Of a stretch of DNA of 64,000 bases, positions 24,781 through 38,479 are shown piece after piece (positions within the stretch are counted from its first letter, which is position 1; each line of letters starts with the position of its first letter). The stretch is from Tubiluchus corallicola (lineage: Eukaryota > Animalia > Priapulida): positions 248,001 through 312,000 of the forward strand of contig JAQGDQ010000054.1 in assembly GCA_030141605.1 (NCBI GenBank), in the 5' to 3' direction. A program made the position numbers and the translations under genes. Under the pieces are notes generated by a model. The model saw nothing but the letters and a program-made list of their open reading frames with translations. It was not told the origin of the DNA and ran no database searches.

Positions 24781-27700
24781 TACTGTTTTGCAAAGTTTTT
24801 AAAAAGTTTACGTACGACGGCAAAATAGGTCGAGCAAGCTACATCTCCTAGATCAAGTAAGAAGACAGTTATCGCAATGACGTTCGATCATTTTGGCAGG
24901 TAAGCCAGTTCGCTGCTAAAATAGGCTATAGCGAAAAGTGGAGTATGCATGCATAATTCTTTGACGTAAAGAAAACGCCTTCGCTTCTCGAGCGGCTGGA
25001 GTTCAACGCTGAGCAAAGCATTAGTTTTTACTGCTTTTGCGTAGTTGATACAGGCATGTGCAGTAAGTAAATAGGAATCTCTATTGTTTGGAGAAAGAGA
25101 AGCGGAGTAGTGGAAACCACGTGCTTCTATAAACTGCGGTACTCGAAATTAAAAGCTACAGTCGTAACTTTTAAACAACCTAATTTTAACAGACTCTGAA
25201 CACATTATAAATTTGCGGAAAGGGTTAACAGGTATGCAAAATAAGCCAGCGTCTGCTTCTCAATGTCTCGGTTATCTTTCATGTGACCAAGGTGCTTCTC
25301 GTCTTATGTCATGGGAGCATATGATCATTCAATTAAACACGTCCCAGGATAACATTTTTATATCTATTTTTAAATTTAAATCTAATTTATGCATTTACTT
25401 TCTACAGAGAGGAAATTTGTATTATGGGATCTAGCAAAATTATTATGACAGTTCAAAAGTACTTTCAGTAGTAGAGTAGGAATAGATGCTCCAGAACTAC
25501 AAAGAAGACATTATCAACTGCATGATTAGCAGCGTGTTGTCCTATGCAGCAACCGTGTAATTTACTCAGTTTCTCCGACAGATTGTAAAATACACATCAA
25601 ACACATGTGCAAAAAGAATTCTGCGGTCTTACACAAGATGTAGTACCACGCTAGAAGACTTTGTATTCAATAATGTTTTATTGTGTCTACTATAGGCACA
25701 ACGGGGAAAGGGAGGTGGGAGGGGGTATTCGCGCTTGATAAAAAGAGAAGAGTTTGCAGTTGAACTTTCCCGTTCATTATTTTCCATAAATATGATGTAT
25801 TGACGTAGATAAAGCGATTAATTTCCTGTCGCCAACTGTGTCAACTCACTTAAAGTAGTCATTTTGCAAGACTATGAAAGGTATTTTTGTAAATTTACGG
25901 AAAAGGGTCATTTCCGACCGAAAGCTGTGAAGAACAATTGGTTGTTATTTTGGTATCGGCTTGTGGAAAAAGCTTTTCTAAAAAAACTTCTTTTCTGCAA
26001 GAATCAGTGCACATTCCCGAGCGTCAGCTGGGATCCAAGAAAAAACCTGGTCGTTCCTTCATTCATTCATTCCCTCACTCCGTCCTTCACACTTTTTAAC
26101 ATTCAAATGAAATTCTAAAAGTAAAATCAAATTTACGTATTTGAGATTGTTATTTCATGATTCGTAATTTTAGTTTTCGGCATTTTTTGGTTATTGCTGT
26201 ATGACATTGGTATTATTTCGCGAAGATGATTGTGGTAGCATGCTTAGATCAGAGTCTCTTTCAAGGCATTTATAAAAATTCTCATTAATAATATTTTCCT
26301 CGACTTAACCACCAGCACTGAAAACTCTGATCGTTACTTTTACTTTTTTCACTCTGTGCTCGCTGATAAGATCTTTTTTAGTCTTTTTGTGGCTGTATCT
26401 AAACTGCTGATTTTTTATTTACGTCCCAAATGTTTCAATCAATTTTGGGCAAAATCCAAACGAGGCCGAAATTGATTTATCATCTTTAATTTAAAAAAAT
26501 CTCGAGCGCCTTTTCTCATGCCAACTTTCCTCATCAATCTGACATGCCATTCCCAATCACCGGTGAGCTATCCTCCACTATAACGTATAATCACTAATGC
26601 ACGTTACTTCCACACAGTGCCATTATTTGGTTTAAAAATAATTACTTGAAACAGATTATTTTCAAAGCGCAATGTGCATAAGACTGATTATCTTTTATTT
26701 TGAAAAGTTCCAGTCTGTTTCAACAAGCACTGCCAGCAATGTGCGGAAAAGGTAGGGCAACGTTGGTTCAATGTAAAAAGATCCTGCAATAAAAACAGGG
26801 GGTCTTCGTCTGCAGTAATAATGTACTTCTTCAATGCATCTAATGTGCTATTCGATAGCATGGCAATTTGCATGGACACTTTGATGACATATGTATGACG
26901 GCATATATGATGACATAATGAAGGCTGCAAGCGGATCAAAATTTAAGCCCGCAAAAGAAAAGTTGGAAATAATTTGCCAACAGCCATCCCTGAATATGAT
27001 TGCGATAAACTCCGATGAAAACTCTGAACTGCTGCAGCACTGATTTGGTGAGAGCGAATGTCTTACGAGTCGACGGTAGTAGTCTAGGGAGGAGACATAG
27101 ACATAATTCTGCTTCACAGAAAAAAATCAAACAAGTTCATATCTACCATCAATATTTAATATAGTTATAGAAAATCGTAACTCGGGCGCAGATAACAGGA
27201 AATGTTTTAAGACTGGAAAAATCAATATCGAGCCTCTTAATTTATCTCTGGACAAAACAGAACGGAGCATCGAATCAGCATCCATAAGCCTCCTAACTGG
27301 ACAAGGAAACTAAGCAATTTTATGTAGTATAGGTCTAACAGAAAAGAGCACATGTGAATCGGCACCGCAATTCAAACACCTGAGCACCTGATATAAAGAC
27401 GCAACAAAGTAGGCGCTAACCGAAGAAAAACCTATTAGAAACCCTCCAAAGGGAAAATATAACCAGTATATTTTTTTAAAAAGAAACATTAAGTAAAACT
27501 TAATTTATTTGCAAGAGATCAATAATTATCAATAATTTAGCTTATATAAAATATGTGTATAACTGAGGCAAAAATTTATCCTGGTTTTATCGTAATTTTT
27601 TTAGCGTATGTTCTTGTTTATTTGTAATACAGCAAGTTTTTATATGAAAATTTTATAATTTCTAATAGTGTGCTAATAGTACACTGTACAATCTAATAAA

Positions 27701-28428
27701 CCCAGTGAATGAATTTTGTTATAATAGAGTATAATTATTATAACTATTTGCTGAAATGCTTTATACTCAATTTTGTGGTATTAAGGACGTATAATCGAAA
27801 TATACAACCAACCAACCAACCAACCAACATATATGTACATGTAGTAGATATTGTGTAAACAAAGAATCATCATCATAATCATTTCTGTCTAAATTTGTGT
27901 ATAAGCTTCTTTTCTAAGTCGTTACTGTCACACCAAAGCTACTTTAAAAATTAATGAAGACTTAGTTAATTAAAGACGATGATGACCACAGTAACAAAGA
28001 AGACAGTGACCATAGTAGTGGGGCAATAACAAGGGGCGGGATAGAAGTAGTATGGACAGCAACAGCAGAAACGATGGTGACGAAAATACTGATAATGATA
28101 CGATAATGACTCCAGTTTCTCCTCTCGAAGAACGGTAGGTTTACCTCCACCTTGCAATGTGCACTGGTGAATGCTTGTTGTAGTTATTATATGACTAATG
28201 ATAGGCGGAAGTGCCCTTGATCATAGATAATCATTTACCGTCATTAATTTGTGTGTAGTAGAGAAGTAATCTGGTTATGTGCAGATTAAAATTTTTGTAT
28301 AAAAGACATTGAAAGCTCAAGCAGCTGATAAAATAACCAACCATCAGCCAGCCAATCAATTAATCAACCAACAAACAACCAACCAATCAACTAACCCAAC
28401 AACCAAACAACCTAACAACCACCAAGTA

Positions 28429-28571
28429 TCAGTCAGTCAGTCAGTCAGTCAGTCAGTCAGTCAGTCAGTCAGTCAGTCAGTCAGTCAGTCAGTCAGTCAG
28501 TCAGTCAGTCAGTCAGTCAGTCAGTCAGTCAGTCAGTCAGTCAGTCAGTCAGTCAGTCAGTCAGTCAGTCA
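28429..28571. repeat. (TCAG)n microsatellite with degenerate (CAAC/CAAT)n flanks
   Basis: Read directly. Confidence 0.97.
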
Positions 28572-29400
28572 ACCAATCAATCTATCAATCAATGATTATA
28601 CAGTCTGTCGTCTGTGATCAATCAATTAACCAAACAACCACCAACCAGCCAACTAGCCAAACAACCAACCAATCAGACAGGCAACTATTCAACAAAGTAA
28701 CCAACCAACTAACTAACAATTTTTCGAATAGGTTTTCTGTTTTAAAGTGATAGCCATTGTTGTCCTATATAGAGGAGTTGCACATAAAATGGATATTCAA
28801 TTTTTCTCTGATATTCATTTAATTACACCGAGTAGTCGAACGGCTAGATAAATTTGGAAAAAATCACGTGCTAATATTTTTTTGAGACGACAAGCTAAAA
28901 TCAAATATATATAGCACCTGCCATGCGTCTTACGTACAGTTATTCACAAGTGAGACAAGCGAGGCATTGACTAATTGTTGCATAATGTTGTAATAATAAC
29001 ATAACATATTTTTATTGTTTTTACTTTCTTATATATTATGTATTGAATTCTTCATTTTGCACATTATATTTATCATAGCTAATGCATAATACGTGTTAGA
29101 CATGCAAGTATGCAATTAGACAAGTAGGAAGCAGTCATACATCAAGCAAACAAGCCAGAAAAAGCAAATTAGGCAAGCACGCAAGCGATGAAACAAGCAA
29201 GCTGGAAAACACTTTGTTTCTAACGGCGCTTTCAAACTAGTTGTTCTCTTGCCAAGTAAATTCGTCAAGTAACTTTTATATATTATATTAATTTGTCATT
29301 AAAATGGTTCACTCGTAATAAAACTGAGTAAGCCTCAGCGTAATGTTAAAAACAGCACTGTTCAATACAACTGCGTCCAGTGCAGATCAAGAAAACGTCA

Positions 29401-29757
29401 CAGTAACTCGCAGCAACTGTTGGAGACAGTTTGCAATATCTTGCTGTCGTTAACTCGAAAAGTATTTCACGCTTGCGCGTTTGTTGTCTACGAAAGCTTA
29501 TTAGGGCTATGATATCCGATTACAAAAATCTGGTTACAACCAATTATTTTGCCTTTCCGATCGTAAAAAATTGGTTATAACCAGATTTTTTTATAATCGG
29601 ATATAATGGCCCTAATACGCCATACGCACTCACTGTCCAAATTCCCTATTCATCTTTCAATGTCCAGCTCCTTCTGTTCCTCAGAAGTGTGTTGTTTTGT
29701 TTAATTTGCTCCTAGTAAGTAACAGCAACAACACTACGACAACCACTCTTTACCGCC
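29401..29757 (+). repeat. Left arm of a long inverted repeat (partner 42755-43132)
   Basis: For example, ctattcatctttcaatgtccagctcctt and cagaagtgtgttgttttgtttaatttgc are reverse-complemented at ~42800-42870. Confidence 0.9.
29504..29612. mobile_element. Small palindromic MITE (PIF/Harbinger-like)
   Basis: tta|gggctatgatatccgatta...taatcggatataatggccc|taa fold-back with TWA flanks. Confidence 0.65.
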
Positions 29758-30171
29758 ATATCTCTGTCACGATATGCTGGCACCACTTGCACCATCATTA
29801 TTGCCATCACCATCATCAATTTCATTACCACCGCCACCGCGATCCACCATCACACCGCCATCATTATCGTTATCATTCTCACGATAATCACTTTCAGTAT
29901 ATATACCAATACAACTGTTACAGCAATGGCGTCTGGCTTCACCCCGTATTGCCAACATTGCCAATGTTGCTGTTGGCTATCATCGTCGGCGCTCCACTAC
30001 TATAATCGCCAACGTCACCATAATCATTATAATCACATTCATTACTATCTGCAACAGAATAGCGATATCGCCACGTGGGCAGCCATTTGCGACTTTCAAC
30101 GTCAGACAAACTCTACTACCATATACTGAGATTGCTGTACAGTACTATTACAGTTACACGTTGTTTTTCAG

Positions 30172-30478
30172 AGGTGTGCAGAGGCAGCTGTATCCAACAA
30201 ACAACTCTATCCCACGTTTGTCAGAACTTATCCACCTGAGACTTTAGTGACGAAGTCAATCGTAGCCTTGCTATTTTATTACAACTGGACGAAGTTTACA
30301 ATCATTACTGGAAATTCGAATCGCTGGATGAGCGTCGCTAGGAATCTGCAGCTTCACTCGAAACAGAATAATTTAACAATTACCGGATTCAAGACGTATG
30401 ATGAGCCGTATTTCCTTATTGATAGCGGCAACAGTCCTTGGCCGGAAATCATCTCCAGCACTTCCGGTATTACGAGAG
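30172..30478 (+). CDS. Receptor guanylyl cyclase coding exon 2
   Basis: Acceptor ttgtttttcag|AGG; RCAEAAVSNKQLYPTFVRTYPPETLVTKSIVALLFYYNWTKFTII...ITR; donor AGAG|GTACGT, phase 1; 307 nt. Confidence 0.92.
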
Positions 30479-32027
30479 GTACGTTCGATCGTTAATTAGA
30501 GTCTGCGTGAAATTCTCAATGAGCTAGACATAGCCGAGAAACTGTTGTAGCAACAAATCAACAGCATAAAATCACTATAATTACTTTATATAAAAAAAAC
30601 GAAGATAAAAAGCAGTTTAATGATTTGATGCTTTATAGTAAGCTAAGTGTTGTCTATAAAACATGTTTCCTCGAAATACGGAAGCGTTTTTGTAATTTTC
30701 AAAAGTTTTGGCACAACACAGTGAAACATAAACCTATAAATATCGCCCAACTGCATTATTTCATTATGCTGTAAATTATAAACATGTATAGTTTGCAGAC
30801 TGTACAATTCAATCCTCTTTAGTGAGTGTTTTAATTCATTTTACATTTTAATTACATTTACATGAAAAAAGGAAATATCGCGCAAAAGTCTTGTTCGCCG
30901 AAATACTTCAAAAGCGTGATACGCAGTTCTGTACTCATTTTCAAAGTGGAAACCTTCTTCGTCTTTATTGCGGAATTACTTGCGCTTCAAAATATTCGCT
31001 TATTGCGTTTTAGTACGCGAAAATTATGTGACGCATTTCATAGAAGCCACACACGACGACGCCATTCTGATTCTGATTAAAAGGTCGTATGGCCAAATCT
31101 GCGTGAATCAAATATCTGAATTATTAGAAACCACAAAGGGTTTTATAAGAAAAAAATAATGGTCGCTGAAAATAAATGAGCAGCTCACAGTAATTGTTAA
31201 TTTTTTACTTGCGTATGCAAAAACAACAAACTGACAAGAATCGTGAGAGTACAATGTTGCGTGTGCAGGATGATTTGATATTTTGCGCGTGAGTGCCGTT
31301 AATTTAGCTTTTCACTTTGTCGGTTTGGACATTCAGAATTACTGGATTCACTCCACCAAATGATGTGCAATATGAGCTGCCAATATAAATCTGTCACTAT
31401 GAACAAAACATTGCAAGCTTATATGTTAACCTGGGATTATACTATAGAGCAAATTTAAAGATAAAAATAATGGCGCGTGTTTTGACGAGTGGTGGTTGTG
31501 GTGGTGGTTGTCCTGTTGTTGTTGCTAGTGGTGGTGGTGGTGATGGTCGTGTTGATGGCGGTGGCGGTGTTGGTGGTGGTAATTATGCTGTTGGTAATAG
31601 AGGTGGCAATGAAGGTGTTCTAAGGTGTTTCAGTTGCGTTTATACTAATTTTGCGCTCATATTAGAACGAAAACTGCTATAAACATCATTCATCCCAGCT
31701 TTATTTCAATTCTACAATGTTACAAACTAACCGCGTTATCAAGTCCTTGCTAGCCAAAGATCTTATCAACTGTGCCTAATCAGGGAGACAAGAGTATTGT
31801 GTACTAGTGGATTAATGACGAATGAAATGGCTGATTCTCACCAGCAAAGCTTTCTGAGAGAATCGTTGATTAACTAAATCAAATCGTAGATTGCGCCTTG
31901 TGGAGATTCTAATTTAAAGTTTCTGCAAAAAACAACAACTGTTATTAGGCGAAATTTTTGTTTTCGGCAGAGAAATGGCATTTTCGTTGACTTATGAACG
32001 CATGTATATTTTACCTTATATCCATAA

Positions 32028-34009
32028 GGTAAAATGGGGTAATGTCGGACACGGGCTAATGTCGGGCAATGAATTTTACGTTTTCCTAAAACCGATTAAA
32101 TTACCTGGACGTGGTTTTTTCCTTTCGTTGTTAATACTCCCACATAACATTAATTGTTTCCGTAGGTAAATAACATAGATTTTCGGTCATGTGAGTCAAA
32201 ATGTAAGAATAACATGATTTTAATCGTTTTAGAAACATGCAGAGGAAACCGTTATCGAAACGGCTGGAAAGAAAAATGCTGTAAATATAAAAAACTCGAA
32301 GAATAAGAGAGGAAAGAGAGGAAAACCAGGTCAGCAGTGGTGCTCTGATCAAATGCAATTTGCCATCAAATGTAATCTAATCCACACGCACACGCACGCA
32401 CGCACATATACGCACACAAGCGCGCATAGCTACATATGAATAAATCTGCCCAACCTATACCATGCGACAACAGTCTTAACAGAGATTTACACACGACACA
32501 CCCAATTCACGGCAAAATATGCAAGCTTTTACGCCATTTAAAAAAATGTGGCAAATGAAAATATTATTAACTTAAAACAGAATTAGATAAATTATCGATG
32601 AAAAAACATAATAAACTGAAAGTCTATAACATAAGATAAAATGCTTGTGTACTATTAAGGCGTTTAGTGTTGGACTGTTGGTGTATAAAGCCTGACCAGG
32701 TAACAAAACGAATGTAGTAAAACTTGGTTCAAGTGAGTTTGATACAGGAAAAATTGGTACGAGAAAAGTTTGGTACTGGCAAAATTTGGTGCTAGGAATT
32801 TTTAGTACGCGGTAATTGTGGTGCAGGTAAATTTGGTACTATCGTCTTTAAATACAAGGAATTTTTGGTACTAGGAAAATGTAGTTCGGGAAATGTTAGA
32901 TACGAGGAAAATTTGGTACCAGGAGTGTTTGGTACGAAGAAATATTGGTACAAGGAAGTTTTGGTGAGAGGAAAATTTTGTACCAAGAAAGTTCGGTCCT
33001 GGAAAATTTGGCACTAAACGAAAAAGAAAGCATTTTTATATCTCAGTACAAAAAAATCATTGATTAAACTGGAAGACAGGAAATTTGGAACTAGGAAAGC
33101 TCTTTTTTATTAAAAAGTTCATAAAACATCGTATATTAACGGTGCGTGGCAGCTAAAATTTTATCAGTGATTATCCTACCCATGGGGATCTTTCAGTAAA
33201 ATCTGGAAGGTCTCCAACTCACCATGCAATTTTTCGAAAAGCTCGAACTTTGTTTTTTTTCGGGAACAATAAGCACTTTTTCTGTATCTTTTACAAAACG
33301 TATCAAACTGAGATAAGAACGCGGCAGTGATGGCCGATGATATCACTGGAAAAAAAGTCCTGCATAAGCATAGCTTGGTTTTCGGCGAGGGCTTCATAAT
33401 AGTATGAGAAGTTACTGTACAAAACTTACCCCGCACCAGCAAAAACTTGTCAAGCTGATCTAACTTGACTCCATACAAGTACCCAAAGGGGATACGGTGA
33501 TTTCAAAAATTAAGCCGAACTGAAAATGGATAAGATTCGCAAATTTGTGTCATCATGTAATAACCTTATTCAAGTTGGCATGCTGTGTTGTTTTTTCGGC
33601 GGCTATAAACAAATAACAACGTCAAGCAAAAAAGGTATTTTCCTTGCTTACGTGGGCGATCAATAACATTTGTCTCATGTCGTTTACTGATCAATCTCTT
33701 AAAAATCCGTCTTTGCAAAATATTTAAAAGAATTTAAGTACCATAACCACAAAGTTGTTCGTTTGCTGTTAATTTTGTCCGACATTATTCTGCTAAATTG
33801 TCCGACATTACCGCATTTTTTTAAATGACGTAGAAATGTGTTTAATTATCCTAGTTTTTTACATTTCATGGAGCCGCTCGCTTTCCCGTTTTCCCAGATT
33901 CCTTAACAATACAGTTTTAGTTTACCAGACATTATTTCAAGAAAATTGTAAAAATAAAGATAGAAACTTGAAAAGGCCAATTTTGTCCGACATTACCCCA
34001 TTTTACCCC
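32028..34009. mobile_element. ~2-kb non-autonomous TIR DNA transposon
   Basis: Left ggtaaaatggggtaatgtcggaca, right tgtccgacattaccccattttacc; the subterminal aatgtcggrca motif recurs at ~32058, ~33777 and ~33799; TA next to both ends. Confidence 0.8.
32745..33015. repeat. Degenerate ~16-17 bp minisatellite (consensus ~AGGAAAATTTGGTAC) inside the 2-kb element
   Basis: More than ten recognisable variants in tandem. Confidence 0.8.
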
Positions 34010-35934
34010 ATATTTCAAAATATAAATTAAATTATTCATGGTGACACATCACACTTAACTGCAGACAGCAATGTCGTCCAAGTCTTTCCAAATTGTTCCA
34101 AAACGAATACATAGTTAGTAAAGGTCAAGTCACAAGGTCAAAAATGTTTAAATAAAATTTCTCCTACAGTAACTTCAAGCGAGGGCGTGGGTTTGCATTT
34201 CATTTCTTCGAATGAAAAGACTATTGCGAGCACGCAGTTTCTGGTACAGTTCACGCCAACAGAATTGTTTATTACTGTGATTACATATCACCCACGACTT
34301 TATCATAGAAAGATCCTCCTAAACGCATCTTCGTTTGATAACTGGAGCACGTCAGCTGTGTATGTCACCAAACAAACTTCTCAGAGCATCTTAGTAAAAC
34401 AAGAGATTTGTTACGATGATAGTGATTATCATTTCGTCCGCAAGCGGTTATTTTCTGCAAATATAAAATGACAGCTGGGAGCTTTTACTAAGTCGTCCAT
34501 TAAATACCGTGAGTCTATCAGACGATCAAATCTTTTTGCGACAAACGGCTGCACACGGAGCTATAATGCATCACATTGTCTGTTAGTCTGTTCATTTTAA
34601 TGTGGCTTTTTTATGGAATCTCTCTTAACTCGAATTTTTTACTATTGCCCAGAGCGTGATCTTTTTTAGACTAAATAAGCGAGGGGCAGCTGTGTAATGA
34701 TACCCTAGGTAACCTCTACAAGACTACAAGTCCCTAGTATCTAGTAGCTAAATCTGAACAGATCCTGAAGAAACTCTCAATTTTATTATAAACCTATGTA
34801 TTATCTATCAGGCACCAGTGACGCGACTATCTGTCCACAAATTTCATATAAACTAAAGTAAAGCAAAAAATGATACTTGTGCTTCTAATTAATTATATAA
34901 AGAAAACGTCGTATCAGAAATACAAATTTCCTTTATTGTTTTTTTATTTCAAACGTTTCGTTTTTTACAAATTTTTCTTTTCGACAAAGTGAACCTGAAA
35001 ACCCTCTAGAGCTCTGGCCAAAGGGTCAGTATAGGCACTATGCACGAAGGCTCAAATGCGTTATAATGCATTAAGTTTCCGACTTGGTACGAGTGAGTTA
35101 AGCAAGGCTGTTGCCTGTAGGCCTAGTGCTATGGTTGCCCATCGTTGCCTACGCAGGGTTTCGGTAAAATTACGCGTCTCGTAACTAAAGACGATATCTC
35201 GACAAAAAATTTGTAGCGCTATGAAATTACACGCCTCCAAAAACTCGATACAGTAAAATTACGCCGTGTCTCTGCAAAAAATTCTCGTAAAATTACCAAA
35301 AATTAGTGACGCGACTAAAATTACCTCGTCAAACAGTTTATATAATTATGAGCTTAAAAACAGCAAGAATTTGCTGAAGCACGCGTGTAATATTTCCAAA
35401 TATTAACTGCCCAAGTTTAACGATTAATAACTTTTGTTCTTTGGCGTTTTTGTTTATACCAGAAGTTATCTTGCGTTTATAGGCAGTTTTGTCTAACTCC
35501 GCCAAATACAGATGTCACAGGCTTTTTAACACTGCTAAATTGATTTCTACTTCTTATTCATTTCATTCTGAGTTTTGACTATTGATATAGTGTAGTATGT
35601 GTCACTGACCTAATAAATTTATGTTATGAACAGTAACTTGTTACTACATGTGATGACAAACCAGTATTGAACTTTGTATATCCAGTTTGTTTAATATTTC
35701 TTCTTGCTTTTAAACTCATATGCATACATGCAGCTTTACAGCCATTAAAAAATTGAAAAAATAAAACGTAAGTGATTGCACAAATTACAATATGACAATA
35801 ACTAATTTAATAAATAAACAGCACTATGTAGATATGTAAAAAACGTAACGATATCAACGTATCATTCAAAATCATAAATTAATAAAATAAATCAAACACT
35901 TTGTTTCTCAGCTCTTATGCAGCTGGAAAAAAGA

Positions 35935-37100
35935 TGGAATACGGCTGCCAACGCAGCACTATAGTTAAAATAACTCAACTAGGTGGCATTTAAGACGGCA
36001 TACATGTATTTCCAACTGATACAAACATGCAAATGGCCTATCGGGAAAATAGTGTTTCAAGGCCATTCAAGGTCAACGTCTTTCAAAATGGCTGTCAACG
36101 CAGCTTTAAAGTCAAAATAACTCAACTAGGCAGCATTTAAGACGGAATAAATGTATTACCAGCTGATATAAACATGCATGGCCTATCGCAAAAGCAGTGT
36201 TTCAAGGTATAGGACATTTAAAATGGCCACCAGCGCAGAACTAAAGTTAAAAGCAGGGGCGGAACTAGGGGGAGCGAGGGGGGGGGCGCCCCCTGTCAAA
36301 ATTTGCGCCCCCCTGCAAAATCGCACAAATAATTTTTTTGGCAGTGAAAATTGCAGTTTGCATGTAATCATTTTCAATATGAATTAGAATTAGGTAAAAA
36401 AATGTTTGGTAGCTTCAGTGTATTATTTTCTTAAAACTTGTGTGTGATAAATTTCTGTAAATAACAATTTAGTTAGAGGCACATTAATAACGTTAGGTTA
36501 ACTGAGAGTTAATTTTCTCATTATTGCTCTGTCCGCTACGCCGTCCTACACACATGCTAATTATACGCCTGCATGCAGTATAAAAGGGGTTAAAAATTGG
36601 CTTAACCATTATTTAACCACTTCGGATACCTCGCCCCCCCAGAAAATTTTTGCGCCCCCCCCCCTGCTTGCCACATCTAGTTCCGCCCCTGGTTAAAAAG
36701 TGGATTTAAGTCGGCATAAATGTATTACTAGCTGATAAAAAAGAACATATACTTGTTTTATGCATATATGCTTTGTTACTTACATTGGGTTGTGCATAAC
36801 ACATAGCATCCACAAGTACGTCTATACTCTAGAAATCATCGTGTATATCATCAATCTCAGATACACCATCAATCAGTTCCTCGTTGTTTTGGCAAGCCTG
36901 CGATTGTAACAAGCTGCCACACAGTACAAACCATGCGTTGGTTGGTTTGTAGAACTTCTGGTTAGGGTAATTTTGACTTTAGTACTGCATTGGCAGCCAT
37001 TTTGAATGACCTTCACCTTGAATGGCATTGAAACACTATTTTTCTGATAGGCCATATGCACATTTATATCAGCTGGTAATACATTTATGCCATTTTAAAT
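35935..37100. repeat. ~140-bp unit repeated 2-3x in tandem, plus one inverted copy at ~36965-37100
   Basis: Unit ...aaatggc.g.caacgcag...aaaataactcaactagg...atttaagacgg.ata.atgtatt.cca.ctgata.aaacatgca..ggcctatc...agtgtttcaagg. Confidence 0.8.
36254..36691. mobile_element. hAT-type MITE inserted in the tandem unit
   Basis: TIR CAGGGGCGGAACTAG...CTAGTTCCGCCCCTG; 8-bp TSD gttaaaag / gttaaaaa (7/8); the host repeat resumes after it. Confidence 0.85.
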
Positions 37101-37553
37101 TTAAGGCCCCGTAATTTTTTTCCACAAAGTGGATTTATGGGGATTTTTAACATGTTGTTGTGGACGACATTCTGAATTTCTGTGCAAAAATTCAGCCATA
37201 CACTGTTTCTGTCCGGGTCAAAGGTTATTTTGACTGTACTATATGGAAGTCCAGAATGCGTGTATTACAACAGGTAACTATGTAGGCGCGAGGGTATGTC
37301 AGTAATAAATATGACGAGAGCTGTTGCTATAGTGCAAACGTAGTAATAATAATAACGTTGCCGCGCTACGAAACGTAACATACAATGACCTGCCATAACT
37401 ATGATGTCTTCTACCTGAATGGTCCTACAAAAATTATAAAATGATAAAATGTCCCAGACTGTTCTAATTGTGAGCTATGTTTTTTCAAATAATAGAGCTT
37501 TTGCGTTACAATTAAATATATTCTTACGGGAGTTTACTATTCCCCAAACGGTT

Positions 37554-37603
37554 CCTACCCTAACCTTAACCCTAACCCCAACCCTAACCTTAACTTTAAC
37601 CCT
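37554..37603. repeat. Degenerate (CCTAAC)n tract
   Basis: cctaccctaaccttaaccctaaccccaaccctaacc; telomere-like or Helitron-associated. Confidence 0.75.
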
Positions 37604-38479
37604 GCATGTGTGTCTGAAATAATTCATTAACATCGACCAACCAGAAGTTACCGTGATCCTTATCGCCTAAAACCAACTCTAGTTTGAAATGGTAAGGCAG
37701 CTTCTTCCAGAAAGGCATTCATTTTCGAATAAATTAAATATAGAAATTCAACAACTACATTTCACACCCCGATAACTCAAAAAGAAGATTATACATCCCC
37801 GGAAACTTCCATATAAGTCCATTTTTCTTCTGTCATACGATAACTGTTAACAGTAACGCTCCTGGCTTATTTCGTCCAACTAAAAATAATTTGCTTAGCA
37901 GAAATTTAGTTGACTCGCCCGTATATATTTGTGGTTCAGTCTTCTGAAACGTACTCGTTGTTTTTTCTGAGTGCCATTTTTATAGCGACGCGACTGTTTA
38001 ATGTGTGCATAAATTATATTATCTCTTCTGAGACTCCTAGGAGAGGAGGAGTCCGATGCCAATTCAATTTGTTATTCATTCATATCCTTAAAGTAGTAGT
38101 ATAGAGGCATAACGATATTTCGATAACAAATATGTGTGCTTGCAAACCAAAACCGTCCAAAAGTCGGCATAGTTTAAACTACGTAATGCTGCTTTAAAGT
38201 AAAGTGCCAAAACAAACGCCAAATATATTGAACTTTTATATTCTAGCATGAAATTATTAAGAAAATGTCCAAAAAATAGTAAAAATCTAATTTTGTAACC
38301 TCGTACCCACTTTTCTGGCTAGAAGTGCGGTTGTTAAGTGTTTTATAAAAACGCGACAAAAAACGGGTAACTTAACGGTGATTTTCTTAAGATTTTGTTT
38401 TTCAGTGTGTAACCTGCACCACAACTTTCGCGCGGAATATCTGAGCTTAGAAATAACATAGAGCAATGAGCTTGATATC

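Noticed and set aside
26688-27130. Possible transposase remnant (Cys-rich and LDYYRRLV pieces)
   Set aside because: The suggestive motifs fall on opposite strands and no catalytic motif could be assembled.
32745-33015. CRISPR-like array
   Set aside because: Units are degenerate and adjacent with no unique spacers; eukaryotic context and no cas genes. The same applies to 7702-7813 and 3500-3620.
33176-33478. 100-aa ORF inside the 2-kb TIR element as a transposase
   Set aside because: No DDE or HTH motif recognisable in the frames I read.
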